Assembly: GCA_964525965.1 (NCBI GenBank)
Contig: CAZGKA010000016.1
Location: forward strand, 1-48,008
DNA length: 48,008 bases
Direction: 5' to 3'
Origin: an uncultured Nitrososphaerota archaeon
GTDB taxonomy: Archaea; Korarchaeota; Korarchaeia; Korarchaeales; Korarchaeaceae
Part shown: positions 1-8,135 of the stretch, one piece after another
Layout: each line of letters starts with the position of its first letter
How positions within the stretch are numbered: the first letter of the stretch is position 1
The notes under the pieces: model-generated
The model's database searches: none
The model's input: only the letters and a program-made list of their open reading frames with translations
Told to the model about the DNA's origin: nothing
Translations under genes and position numbers: made by a program

Positions 1-277
1 TAGCTCTAAGAGCAAGCCATCCATTCTCGAACTCCAGACCCGCTCCTATGGCCTCTATCGGACCTCTGCCCGTGTAATATCGGTGGGGATCGTAGCCCAA
101 TATGGACATGACGGCCACGTCGCTTTCTGGTGCGTAACCTCTTCCCACAGTGTACATGAGTCCACAGAGAGATTCGGATGCAAGCCTATCTAAATTAGGT
201 TTTATAGCCTTTTCAAGGCAGGACTCTTCTCTAAATCCGTCTGGAGCTCCATCCAAGACTAAAAAGAGCAACTTCAT
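1..277 (-). CDS. apgM: 2,3-bisphosphoglycerate-independent phosphoglycerate mutase, archaeal type (N-terminal part; runs off window start)
   Basis: Not in the ORF track. Manual translation from ATG at 277 gives MKLLFLVLDGAPD...APESDVAVMSILGYDPHRYYTGRGPIEAIGAG, matching the archaeal iPGM motifs (DG; P-x-S-D; LGYDP; GRG-x-x-EA-x-G). SD-like GGTGA upstream. Confidence 0.9.
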   Translation of the reverse strand, partial: MKLLFLVLDGAPDGFREESCLEKAIKPNLDRLASESLCGLMYTVGRGYAPESDVAVMSILGYDPHRYYTGRGPIEAIGAGLEFENGWLALRA

Positions 278-520
278 CTGTATCACCGGGCTAGTTAGTT
301 TAGCACCAATGCTTCAGTGATCCTAAGCTTACCTAGTCGCCGCATTCTCCAAATAAAAACAATTCATTCCGCAGCGCACTACCCAACCATCTTAGTTGTT
401 TCTGTGAAGGATTCCAATAAAATCTTCTGTCATTTAGAGCAGTGATGTTGGGGATAGGCCGATCTTTTTCCCCGTATCTATCCTAAATTTAAGCTCTCTT
501 CAGGAGGACTCACTTCCGCG

Positions 521-538
521 GAAAAAACTTATTAAATA
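521..538 (+). promoter_or_regulatory. Putative BRE/TATA promoter of the first peptide-binding protein gene
   Basis: GAAAAAAC-TTATTAAA: purine-rich BRE followed by a TATA-like box, about 70 nt upstream of ATG 606. Confidence 0.6.
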
Positions 539-605
539 AATCCCCTTAAGAGGTTGTTGGCTGAAAGCCTGAAGTCCTGCGGAGACGCAGGAGGGTGATC
601 CAAGA

Positions 606-2960
606 ATGCATAAGGCAGTTAGGTGGCTGGTTGTTGCCGCAATAGTGCTGGTCCTGCTGATAGGACCAACCATACAGGGTGTGGCTGCTCAGGGGACTAG
701 CGAAGGCACCTGTATCCCTGTACCTGAAATACCTGGTCTCTACGTATGCTACGACAAGGCCATACCTCCTAATCCAAACAAGCTGATAGCCTTCGGCACT
801 ATAGGTCCTGGCTTCTACACAAATGAAACTCTTGACGCCCTCATGGTCGCCGCCAAGTACGAGACCGATCCAGTCTTGAGGACAAAGATGTACAACGTGA
901 TACAAGCCATCTCCAACTACGAAGTCCCACTGATATGGCTTGGGCAGGCAAAGGCTAGGGCTCACCGCTGGAACTGGCTTCATGTTCCGTACTTCAACCC
1001 TGTTCTCGCCGCTCAGTACTACTCTACTCTCTGGAAGGATCCCAAGGCGCCTAACCCCGGCAAGCTGATCATACTTGACATAGGAGATCCCGAGTCCCTA
1101 GATCCCGCTCAGACCTACGAGACTGGAGGTTGGGGTGTTGACGAACAGATATATGACAGGATAGTTTGGTACTGGGGCAATGACTCCTATCACGTTGTTC
1201 CGATGGTTGCTTATGCCTGGGCTCTCTCCTCCGATGGTAAGACGCTTTACCTGGCCATAAGGGATGGAATAAAGTTCTACGACCCGTGGGATAAGACCAC
1301 CTATCCGCTCACTCCCGAGGATGTCGCCTATTCGATAAACAGGATAGTGGAGAGCGCCAACTACGCTAAGGTAGACTATCCTGAGTGGATACTGGCTGAC
1401 TTCATAGACAAGGCTGTCGTTGTTAACAAGAGTGAAGTGGAGGCCGCTCTCAGCAAGGGACTCTACGCTCCGGTGTTGGGATCCACGTACTTTGTAACTT
1501 CTTTCGACCAGTGGTACAACCTGTTCAAGACGAAGTTCTCCTACGTGCCTTGGCAGAACAACTGCACTGAGATTGCTGGCTTCGTGAAAGTCGAGCTTAA
1601 GAGGCCTTATCTGGCTATACTCGCTTGCTTGGCCACCAACCTAGGAGATGTGGTCTCCAAGACATTCGTGGAGAAGCACGCAACTCAGGACGATCCCCTA
1701 GCTCTTAAGTACCTTCACGAGCACCCGTGCGGCTCCGGTCCCTACTACTTAGTTGAGTGGAAGCACCAGGATCACATAACTCTGAAGGCCAATCCGTACT
1801 ACTGGGGCTCCCCGAAGCCCAAGCTGACCGAGGTCGACATAAAGATAGTGCCTGAGGAGGAGACCAGAATAATGGCCCTCGCTAAGGGTCAAGCCGACAC
1901 TGGAGTTGTGGCCCCGATATCCGAGTACAAACTTGAGGGCAAGGAGTACATCTACAACGGAGTGACTTGGAAGTTCGAGATGCCTTGGCTGGGACCGACT
2001 TTCGACATAGTGCACATATATCTCAACTGTCGCAAGGATCCATTCGACAAGACCCTCGTCAGGCAGGCCCTCGCATGGGCGGTCGACTACGACTTCATAA
2101 TCAATGCCATATACAGAGGACACCTGATGCCCGTGACCGGTGTGATACCCAAGGGCATGCCCGGCTGGACCGACAAGGTTCCGTTCCACTACCACCTTGA
2201 TCTAAACAAGGCCAAAGAGCTCTTGGCTAAGGCCGGAGTGGATCCGTCCAAGTACACCATAACGATCTACTACAACCAGGGCAACAAGAACCGTGAGATG
2301 ATAGCTACTGTGCTCCAGAACACTTGGAGCAAGCTTGGCTTCCACGTCAAGGCCCAGGCGCTCACCTGGCCGACCTATCTCAAGAAGATAAGCACCGGTG
2401 ACTTCCAGGTAGCTATCCTCGGATGGGCTCCCGACTACAACGACCCTGATGACTATGCCTATCCGCTGATGTGGGGCGGCTACAGGTTCGAGGGAATAAA
2501 GGCTGTGTACAAGAGCGGAATAAACTACTTCGTCACCTCTGAGAAGTACTCTGTGGTGGCCGTCACCGGAGTGGACCAAGGGATAGTCTCCAAGTATCTA
2601 CCAAACAAACCTATTGTCACTGGTCCACAGAAAGTTAACATGTTCGTCGGCGGCCCGATGGCTAACCCGTTCACTAAGAAAGCCTTCTCTGACGCGGGCA
2701 TAGAGTTCGGCAGGGGCTACATGAAGGTCAACGGTACTGTATACAAGAGCATATGGGGCAAGGAGGACTATGGTGTGGTGATGCTGAAGGATGGCAACCT
2801 GTACGTGGCCGGCACCAGCAGGTACGGGACAGAGGCAGCTCTGCTGTACGCTACTCAGATGACCCTGTCTGCCAAACTTGTCATAGTCAAGTGGGTTGAC
2901 AAGAACGGCGACGGAGCGGTCGAGTTCGGAGAGGTAACTGCCATAAAATCTGTTCTCTGA
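606..2960 (+). CDS. dppA: Peptide/nickel ABC transporter substrate-binding protein (family 5), apparently circularly permuted, with C-terminal S-layer-like domain
   Basis: Signal peptide; motifs DPESLDP, GSGPY, NPYYWG, VRQALAWAVD, GWAPDYNDP; SD GGAGGGTGA; directly upstream of permease and ATPase genes. Confidence 0.9.
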   Translation: MHKAVRWLVVAAIVLVLLIGPTIQGVAAQGTSEGTCIPVPEIPGLYVCYDKAIPPNPNKLIAFGTIGPGFYTNETLDALMVAAKYETDPVLRTKMYNVIQAISNYEVPLIWLGQAKARAHRWNWLHVPYFNPVLAAQYYSTLWKDPKAPNPGKLIILDIGDPESLDPAQTYETGGWGVDEQIYDRIVWYWGNDSYHVVPMVAYAWALSSDGKTLYLAIRDGIKFYDPWDKTTYPLTPEDVAYSINRIVESANYAKVDYPEWILADFIDKAVVVNKSEVEAALSKGLYAPVLGSTYFVTSFDQWYNLFKTKFSYVPWQNNCTEIAGFVKVELKRPYLAILACLATNLGDVVSKTFVEKHATQDDPLALKYLHEHPCGSGPYYLVEWKHQDHITLKANPYYWGSPKPKLTEVDIKIVPEEETRIMALAKGQADTGVVAPISEYKLEGKEYIYNGVTWKFEMPWLGPTFDIVHIYLNCRKDPFDKTLVRQALAWAVDYDFIINAIYRGHLMPVTGVIPKGMPGWTDKVPFHYHLDLNKAKELLAKAGVDPSKYTITIYYNQGNKNREMIATVLQNTWSKLGFHVKAQALTWPTYLKKISTGDFQVAILGWAPDYNDPDDYAYPLMWGGYRFEGIKAVYKSGINYFVTSEKYSVVAVTGVDQGIVSKYLPNKPIVTGPQKVNMFVGGPMANPFTKKAFSDAGIEFGRGYMKVNGTVYKSIWGKEDYGVVMLKDGNLYVAGTSRYGTEAALLYATQMTLSAKLVIVKWVDKNGDGAVEFGEVTAIKSVL

Positions 2961-2964
2961 AAAA

Positions 2965-2984
2965 TCCCTTCTTTTTCCTTTTTT
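2965..2984 (+). terminator. Oligo-T/pyrimidine-tract archaeal terminator
   Basis: TCCCTTCTTTTTCCTTTTTT immediately after the stop codon at 2960. Confidence 0.65.
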
Positions 2985-3155
2985 AGTGTTAAACCAAAGC
3001 TTTAAATGGTGTTATAAGGAAAAGTTTCACTTAGGTACCCTAAGATAACAATGAACGCACTAGTGGCAATAAATCTGGGAACCAGCACTCCCTCGTTCTG
3101 AATCCCCCCTTAAAAAGAATAAAGATTTTTTATGAACCCCCCTCCTGATAGGCTG

Positions 3156-4160
3156 ATGCCCGAGTTCAAATACTATCTAATGAGGAGGCTTGCCACCTGG
3201 ATACCCACATTGATAGGCGTGATTCTGATAACCTTCATAGTCTCCCACGTAGTGCCGGCAATGCCCGCTAAAAATGCATTCTTTCACAAAGTGAATCCGC
3301 AGGTCTTGGAGGTTCTTAAAAAAGAATTCTACCTGGATAAACCCCTGTGGGAGCAATTTCTCCTGTACACCAGGGATCTCTTGACGGGACATTGGGGCAC
3401 ATCCATGATGACTAACAGACCTGTGATACAAGATTTAGAAACTTATTATCCCGTTACAATACAGTTAGCAATACTAGGCGAGATTCTCATAATAGTTCAA
3501 GGCATAATTCTGGGAGTTATAGCCGCCGCTAAGCAGAACACGGCCATTGATCAGGCCATAAGGGTAATAGCGATAATAGGATATTCCATGCCGTACTTCC
3601 TCTTAGCGATAGTGTTGCAGTACATCTTCTTCTACTACACTAACTTGCTGCCGGGGTTTGGTTTGGGTAAGGAACCGAAATGCCATATAACGGGTCTCTA
3701 TCTACTGGACTCTCTGATGTGCGGCGACTTCTCTTCGTTCATAGATAATCTAAGACACTTCATCCTTCCTGCATGGACCCTTTCCATACCGGGTATGGCC
3801 GTGATAGCTAGGCTCATGCGTGGAAGTCTCTTGGATACCCTTGGTTCAGACTTCATAGATTTCTGCAAGATGAAAGGCCTGCCGGAGAGAATAATTGTTT
3901 GGAAACATGCCATGAAGAACGCCCTCATACCTATAGTCACCGTGGCGGCCCTTCAGTTCGGAGGTTTGCTGGGAGGAGCGGTGATAACCGAGACGATATT
4001 TGCGTTGCCCGGGGTCGGCAGGTACAGTTTGCAGTGCACCTATGCGTTGGACTTCCCGTCGATAATGGGGGTGACCTTCCTCATGGGTCTCACCTTCCTG
4101 ATCATGAACCTGATAGCCGATCTACTGTACGCGTTCCTGGATCCACGCGTCAGGCTTTGA
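3156..4160 (+). CDS. dppB: Peptide ABC transporter permease (DppB/OppB)
   Basis: LDKPLWEQF, HAMKNALIP, GAVITETIF, DPRVR motifs; multiple TM helices. Start moved from 3132 to ATG 3156, about 25 nt after a TTTTTATG TATA-like box (likely leaderless). Confidence 0.92.
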   Translation: MPEFKYYLMRRLATWIPTLIGVILITFIVSHVVPAMPAKNAFFHKVNPQVLEVLKKEFYLDKPLWEQFLLYTRDLLTGHWGTSMMTNRPVIQDLETYYPVTIQLAILGEILIIVQGIILGVIAAAKQNTAIDQAIRVIAIIGYSMPYFLLAIVLQYIFFYYTNLLPGFGLGKEPKCHITGLYLLDSLMCGDFSSFIDNLRHFILPAWTLSIPGMAVIARLMRGSLLDTLGSDFIDFCKMKGLPERIIVWKHAMKNALIPIVTVAALQFGGLLGGAVITETIFALPGVGRYSLQCTYALDFPSIMGVTFLMGLTFLIMNLIADLLYAFLDPRVRL

Positions 4161-4169
4161 GAGGGGGCC

Positions 4170-5201
4170 TTGAGAATGGGTCTTTCCAGACTACTACCCG
4201 GACCTCTCAGGAGGAGATACCAGAGGTGGAAAGAGAAGAACGAGAGCAAGCTGAAAGAGTACGGACTAATGTGGTACGCCTTCAAGAAATCTCCGATATC
4301 AGTTGCAGGTCTGATAATAGTAGCCTTCATGCTGGTGTTCGCTCTCTTTTCACCACAGGTTTTGTCGGGCACCGAGTGGTTGATGAACTTCCTCTATACT
4401 CATAAGATGATAAAGGAGCTGCCCAAGTTTAATGCCTTTGACTACAGCATGGATCTTCTCCAGCCACCGTCGTGGAAGCACTGGTTTGGGACGGATGAGT
4501 TCGGAAGGGACATGTTCGCTAGGTGCATGCTGGGACTGCAGATATCTCTAGCGTATGCCGTCACCGTCATAGCCTTGGGTGTTCCGCTGGGAATAATACT
4601 TGGACTCGTGGCCGGGTACTATGGGGGTAAAGTGGACGAGCTCATATCTAGGATAACTGACATATTCTTTGCCTTCCCGTCGCTGATACTAGCGATGGCG
4701 TTAGCGGCGTCCTTGGGAGCTGGCATGGAGTCAGCAATAATAGCGATGATCGTGGTCTGGTGGCCGGGATATGTCAGGCTGATAAGGGGACAGGTGCTGA
4801 GCGTGAGGGAGAACCTCTACGTCGAGGCCGCTAGGGCAGCAGGCATGAGCGACTTTAAGATAATAATAAAGCATATAGCACCGAATGTGCTGACCCCCGT
4901 GATAATATACCTAACCATGGATATGGCGGGTGTTGTTCTAATGGGCGCCGGTCTATCCTTCATAGGTCTGGGCGCTCAACCGCCGACCCCAGAGCTCGGT
5001 AGGTTGGTCTATGACGGGCTCAACTTCCTACCACAGAAGTGGTGGTATTCCCTGATACCAGGATTCATACTATTCATCTGGGCTCTTGGGTTCAACCTGC
5101 TGGGAGATGGTCTCAGGGACGTTCTCGATCCGAGGTACAGGCGCAGACTTGAGTTCAAGATGAAGGAGAAAAAGAAGAAGGAGATGAGGGGAGAGGAGTA
5201 A
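4170..5201 (+). CDS. dppC: Peptide ABC transporter permease (DppC/OppC)
   Basis: HWFGTDEFGRD, EAA loop (YVEAARAAG), LSFIGLG, GDGLRDVLDPR. Start may be ATG 4176. Confidence 0.93.
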   Translation: MRMGLSRLLPGPLRRRYQRWKEKNESKLKEYGLMWYAFKKSPISVAGLIIVAFMLVFALFSPQVLSGTEWLMNFLYTHKMIKELPKFNAFDYSMDLLQPPSWKHWFGTDEFGRDMFARCMLGLQISLAYAVTVIALGVPLGIILGLVAGYYGGKVDELISRITDIFFAFPSLILAMALAASLGAGMESAIIAMIVVWWPGYVRLIRGQVLSVRENLYVEAARAAGMSDFKIIIKHIAPNVLTPVIIYLTMDMAGVVLMGAGLSFIGLGAQPPTPELGRLVYDGLNFLPQKWWYSLIPGFILFIWALGFNLLGDGLRDVLDPRYRRRLEFKMKEKKKKEMRGEE

Positions 5202-5202
5202 G

Positions 5203-6183
5203 ATGTCCGAGGAGATTCTCAGGGTTGAGGACTTGGTTGTCCGCTTTTATACATATGCTGGAGTCGTCAAGGCGATAGAGGGAGTGTCCTTCACGGTCTT
5301 CAAGGGGGAGTGTTTCGGTCTTGTGGGCGAGACCGGCTGTGGAAAGAGCGTCACCATGAGGTCCATAATGAGGCTGATCCCGCCTCCCGGTAGAATAGTC
5401 TCGGGGAAGATATTCTTCGAGGGTAAGAATCTACTGGAGCTCTCTGAGGAGGAGATGAGGGAGATAAGGGGGAGAAAGATAAGTTACATAGTTCAGGAGC
5501 CTATGACGGCCTTAGATCCAATATTCAAGATAGGATATCAGGTCGCGGAACCCGTCTTCCACCACAAGCTAGCTAACTCGTTCAAGGAAGCAATAAAACA
5601 CGCTATAAAGGCGCTGCGGGAGGCCAGAATGCCTTCGCCTGAGAGAACAGCAAACATGTATCCCCATGAGCTGAGCGGCGGGATGAGACAGAGGGCAGTG
5701 ATCTCCACTTCGCTTGCTTGTGAGCCAGACCTGATCATAGCTGATGAGCCTACAACAGCTGTCGATGTGACGATACAGGCCCAGATAATGGATCTTCTGA
5801 GAAATCTCCAGAAGAGCAGAGGGCTCACCATGATCTTGGTGACTCACAACCTGGGGTTGGTCGCCGAGATGTGCGATAGGGTCGCCGTCATGTACGCAGG
5901 GAACATCGTGGAGATAGCCGACGTGTTCACCCTGTTTGGCAAGCCTATGCATCCCTACACAAACGGTCTGCTCAAAGCTGTGCCGCACATAGCCAAGAGA
6001 AAACATGAGCTCAAGTTGGAGCCGATACCCGGCACAATACCTAACCTGATATATCCACCGCCCGGCTGTCGCTTCCACCCGAGATGCCCCTACGCCAAGG
6101 ACATCTGCAAGAAGGAGAAGCCCGAGCTCGTTGAAGTGGAATCGGGCCACTTCGTGGCCTGTCACCTGTACCACAGGAGGTGA
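5203..6183 (+). CDS. dppD: Peptide ABC transporter ATP-binding protein (DppD/OppD)
   Basis: Walker A GETGCGKS, signature LSGGMRQR, Walker B IIADEPT, C-terminal GCRFHPRC...C...ACH oligo-HPY/Fe-S domain. Confidence 0.95.
   Translation: MSEEILRVEDLVVRFYTYAGVVKAIEGVSFTVFKGECFGLVGETGCGKSVTMRSIMRLIPPPGRIVSGKIFFEGKNLLELSEEEMREIRGRKISYIVQEPMTALDPIFKIGYQVAEPVFHHKLANSFKEAIKHAIKALREARMPSPERTANMYPHELSGGMRQRAVISTSLACEPDLIIADEPTTAVDVTIQAQIMDLLRNLQKSRGLTMILVTHNLGLVAEMCDRVAVMYAGNIVEIADVFTLFGKPMHPYTNGLLKAVPHIAKRKHELKLEPIPGTIPNLIYPPPGCRFHPRCPYAKDICKKEKPELVEVESGHFVACHLYHRR
6053..6117 (+). repeat. Dispersed repeat copy 1 (65 nt identical to 7033-7097; partial copies at 12806-12842 and 13804-13841)
   Basis: ATCCACCGCCCGGCTGTCGCTTCCACCCGAGATGCCCCTACGCCAAGGACATCTGCAAGAAGGAG read directly at both positions. 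Confidence 0.9.
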
Positions 6184-7163
6184 TGAAGATGGTCGAGATG
6201 GTTCGCACGGAGGATCTCTGTAAGTACTTCCCGGTCAAGAAGCTCCTCTTCACGATAGGTCATGTTCACGCTGTGGACAAGGTGAACATTTTCATAAGGA
6301 AGGGGGAGTGTTTCGGTCTAGTGGGAGAAAGTGGCTGTGGGAAGACCACGCTTGGAAGGCTCCTCCTACGTCTCATAGAACCAACTTCAGGGAAGATCTT
6401 CTTCATGGGGGAGGATATAACCAAGTTTGATAAGAAGAGGATGAGGGAGTTCAGAAAAAAAGCTCAGATAGTCTTTCAGGATCCGTACTCTTCTCTCGAC
6501 CCGAGGATGACCATCTTCGACATAATATATGAGCCCATATCGGCCGCTAAAATGGAGGTCGACAACCCTGAGGAGTACGTGATATCCCTTCTGGAGGAAG
6601 TCGGTCTCAAGAAGGAACACCTCTACAGGTATCCCCATGAGTTCAGTGGAGGACAGAGGCAGAGAATTGTGATTGCGCGTGCTTTAGCTCTAAAACCTGA
6701 ATTCTTGGTGTTGGATGAGCCAACCTCTGCGCTGGACGTCTCGGTTCAGGCCCAGATATTGAACATGCTCAAGGAGTTCCAGGAGAAGTACAAGTTCACG
6801 TATTTGTTCATATCTCACGACCTGAGCGTTGTCAAGTACATGAGCGACAGGATGGCCGTCATGTATCTGGGACAGATAGTTGAGCTTGGTCCGGCGGACG
6901 AACTCTGGGAGAACCCTATGCATCCCTACACAATGATGCTCTTCTCAGCACTTCCAATACCCGATCCTAAGCTGACTAGGGAGAAGGCAGCAAAGAGAGC
7001 CCTACCCAAAGGAGAAGTACCTACAGCTTTTAATCCACCGCCCGGCTGTCGCTTCCACCCGAGATGCCCCTACGCCAAGGACATCTGCAAGAAGGAGGAT
7101 CCGAAAATGCTTGAGGTGGAACCGGACCACTTCGTGGCCTGTCACCTGTACGACAAGAGATGA
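6180..7163 (+). CDS. dppF: Peptide ABC transporter ATP-binding protein (DppF/OppF)
   Basis: GESGCGKT, FQDPYSSLDPR, FSGGQRQR, LDEPTSALD, C-terminal Cys cluster. Confidence 0.95.
   Translation: MMKMVEMVRTEDLCKYFPVKKLLFTIGHVHAVDKVNIFIRKGECFGLVGESGCGKTTLGRLLLRLIEPTSGKIFFMGEDITKFDKKRMREFRKKAQIVFQDPYSSLDPRMTIFDIIYEPISAAKMEVDNPEEYVISLLEEVGLKKEHLYRYPHEFSGGQRQRIVIARALALKPEFLVLDEPTSALDVSVQAQILNMLKEFQEKYKFTYLFISHDLSVVKYMSDRMAVMYLGQIVELGPADELWENPMHPYTMMLFSALPIPDPKLTREKAAKRALPKGEVPTAFNPPPGCRFHPRCPYAKDICKKEDPKMLEVEPDHFVACHLYDKR
7033..7097 (+). repeat. Dispersed repeat copy 2 (identical to 6053-6117)
   Basis: Direct comparison of the two segments; 7127-7151 also equals 6147-6171 (25 nt). Confidence 0.9.
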
Positions 7164-7213
7164 GGTCCTCTCCGCCTGTTTCTCCTTCTTTTCTTCAGAT
7201 AGGAGGTTCTTAA

Positions 7214-7897
7214 ATGAAGACATACTACCTGAGGTCGTGCGCGTACGACGGGATAAGGAAAGTGATAAAAGGGGCTGATAAGTATAAGCTCTTCTACATA
7301 CCTTACCACATATACAGCGGGGATGTCACGCTTGCCGTATGTTCGTTGGTGTTCGGAGAGCTTCCTTCGGTAAACAACATATTTGGAATAAGAAACAGGT
7401 ATCTCAGAGAAGCCAGAGGAGGAGAGAGGGATCCACTATTTCAACAGATAGAATCGGATCCATTGGATCCTCCCGAGGTTGTCCGTATCCTGAAGAAAAT
7501 GGTTGAGGACATAGATCTCTTGGATAGAGAGGCCTTCAAGGACGTATGCTCCTATGCGAAGGAGCTACACAAGTGGAACCTCTCTAGGATCTTTCTGATA
7601 CCCATAACAAGATATCCCTCACACGACAGGTCGATGGCTGCTGTTCGGATGTCCTCAATTGTAGCCAAGGCTATCGTTAAGGAGCTGAAGCTGAGGAATG
7701 TCACATCCTTGGAGCTTGTTGGGGTCATGTACTGCCCCGAGGTTCTCGTTACAGACGACAACAAAATACAAATATATGAACTTTTAGCTCAGGGGCCGAG
7801 GGAGGATCAGATACATACAGAGCTGTATAAGCTCAGGAGATCACGTCTAAGAGAGGCTCTAGACAGTATTCCTTTTATTCATAATTTTTCCACCTGA
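7214..7897 (+). CDS. Hypothetical protein
   Basis: 227-aa ORF with SD AGGAGGT and typical codon usage; no motif recognised. Confidence 0.75.
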   Translation: MKTYYLRSCAYDGIRKVIKGADKYKLFYIPYHIYSGDVTLAVCSLVFGELPSVNNIFGIRNRYLREARGGERDPLFQQIESDPLDPPEVVRILKKMVEDIDLLDREAFKDVCSYAKELHKWNLSRIFLIPITRYPSHDRSMAAVRMSSIVAKAIVKELKLRNVTSLELVGVMYCPEVLVTDDNKIQIYELLAQGPREDQIHTELYKLRRSRLREALDSIPFIHNFST

Positions 7898-8057
7898 TTT
7901 CCGGAACTGCTCTACAAAACTAAAATTCTTCAACAGAACCTCGAATGTCCTCCCATGGAGACAAAGATCGCTGTAATTTTTTGTCATCGATGAGTGAGCT
8001 TCTCTCCCTGAAAAATTACTTTAACATGTACTTCCTTCCCTCCTTCTTCTCTAAGCT

Positions 8058-8072
8058 GAATAAACTTTATTA
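8058..8072 (+). promoter_or_regulatory. Putative BRE/TATA promoter of the second peptide-binding protein gene
   Basis: GAATAAAC-TTTATTA, same layout as 521-538, about 65 nt upstream of ATG 8136. Confidence 0.55.
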
Positions 8073-8135
8073 GATTAAGGCTCAGGGAATTATTCCTTGA
8101 CGAACCCTTACTTGGGGTTCGGGAGGTATATACAA

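Noticed and set aside
436-497. Imperfect hairpin / possible guide RNA in the apgM-dppA spacer
   Set aside because: Pairing is weak and interrupted, and no complete C/D or ACA box set is present.
7985-8012. GATGAG...CTGA as a C/D box sRNA half
   Set aside because: No matching C box and D' box at proper spacing; could easily be chance.
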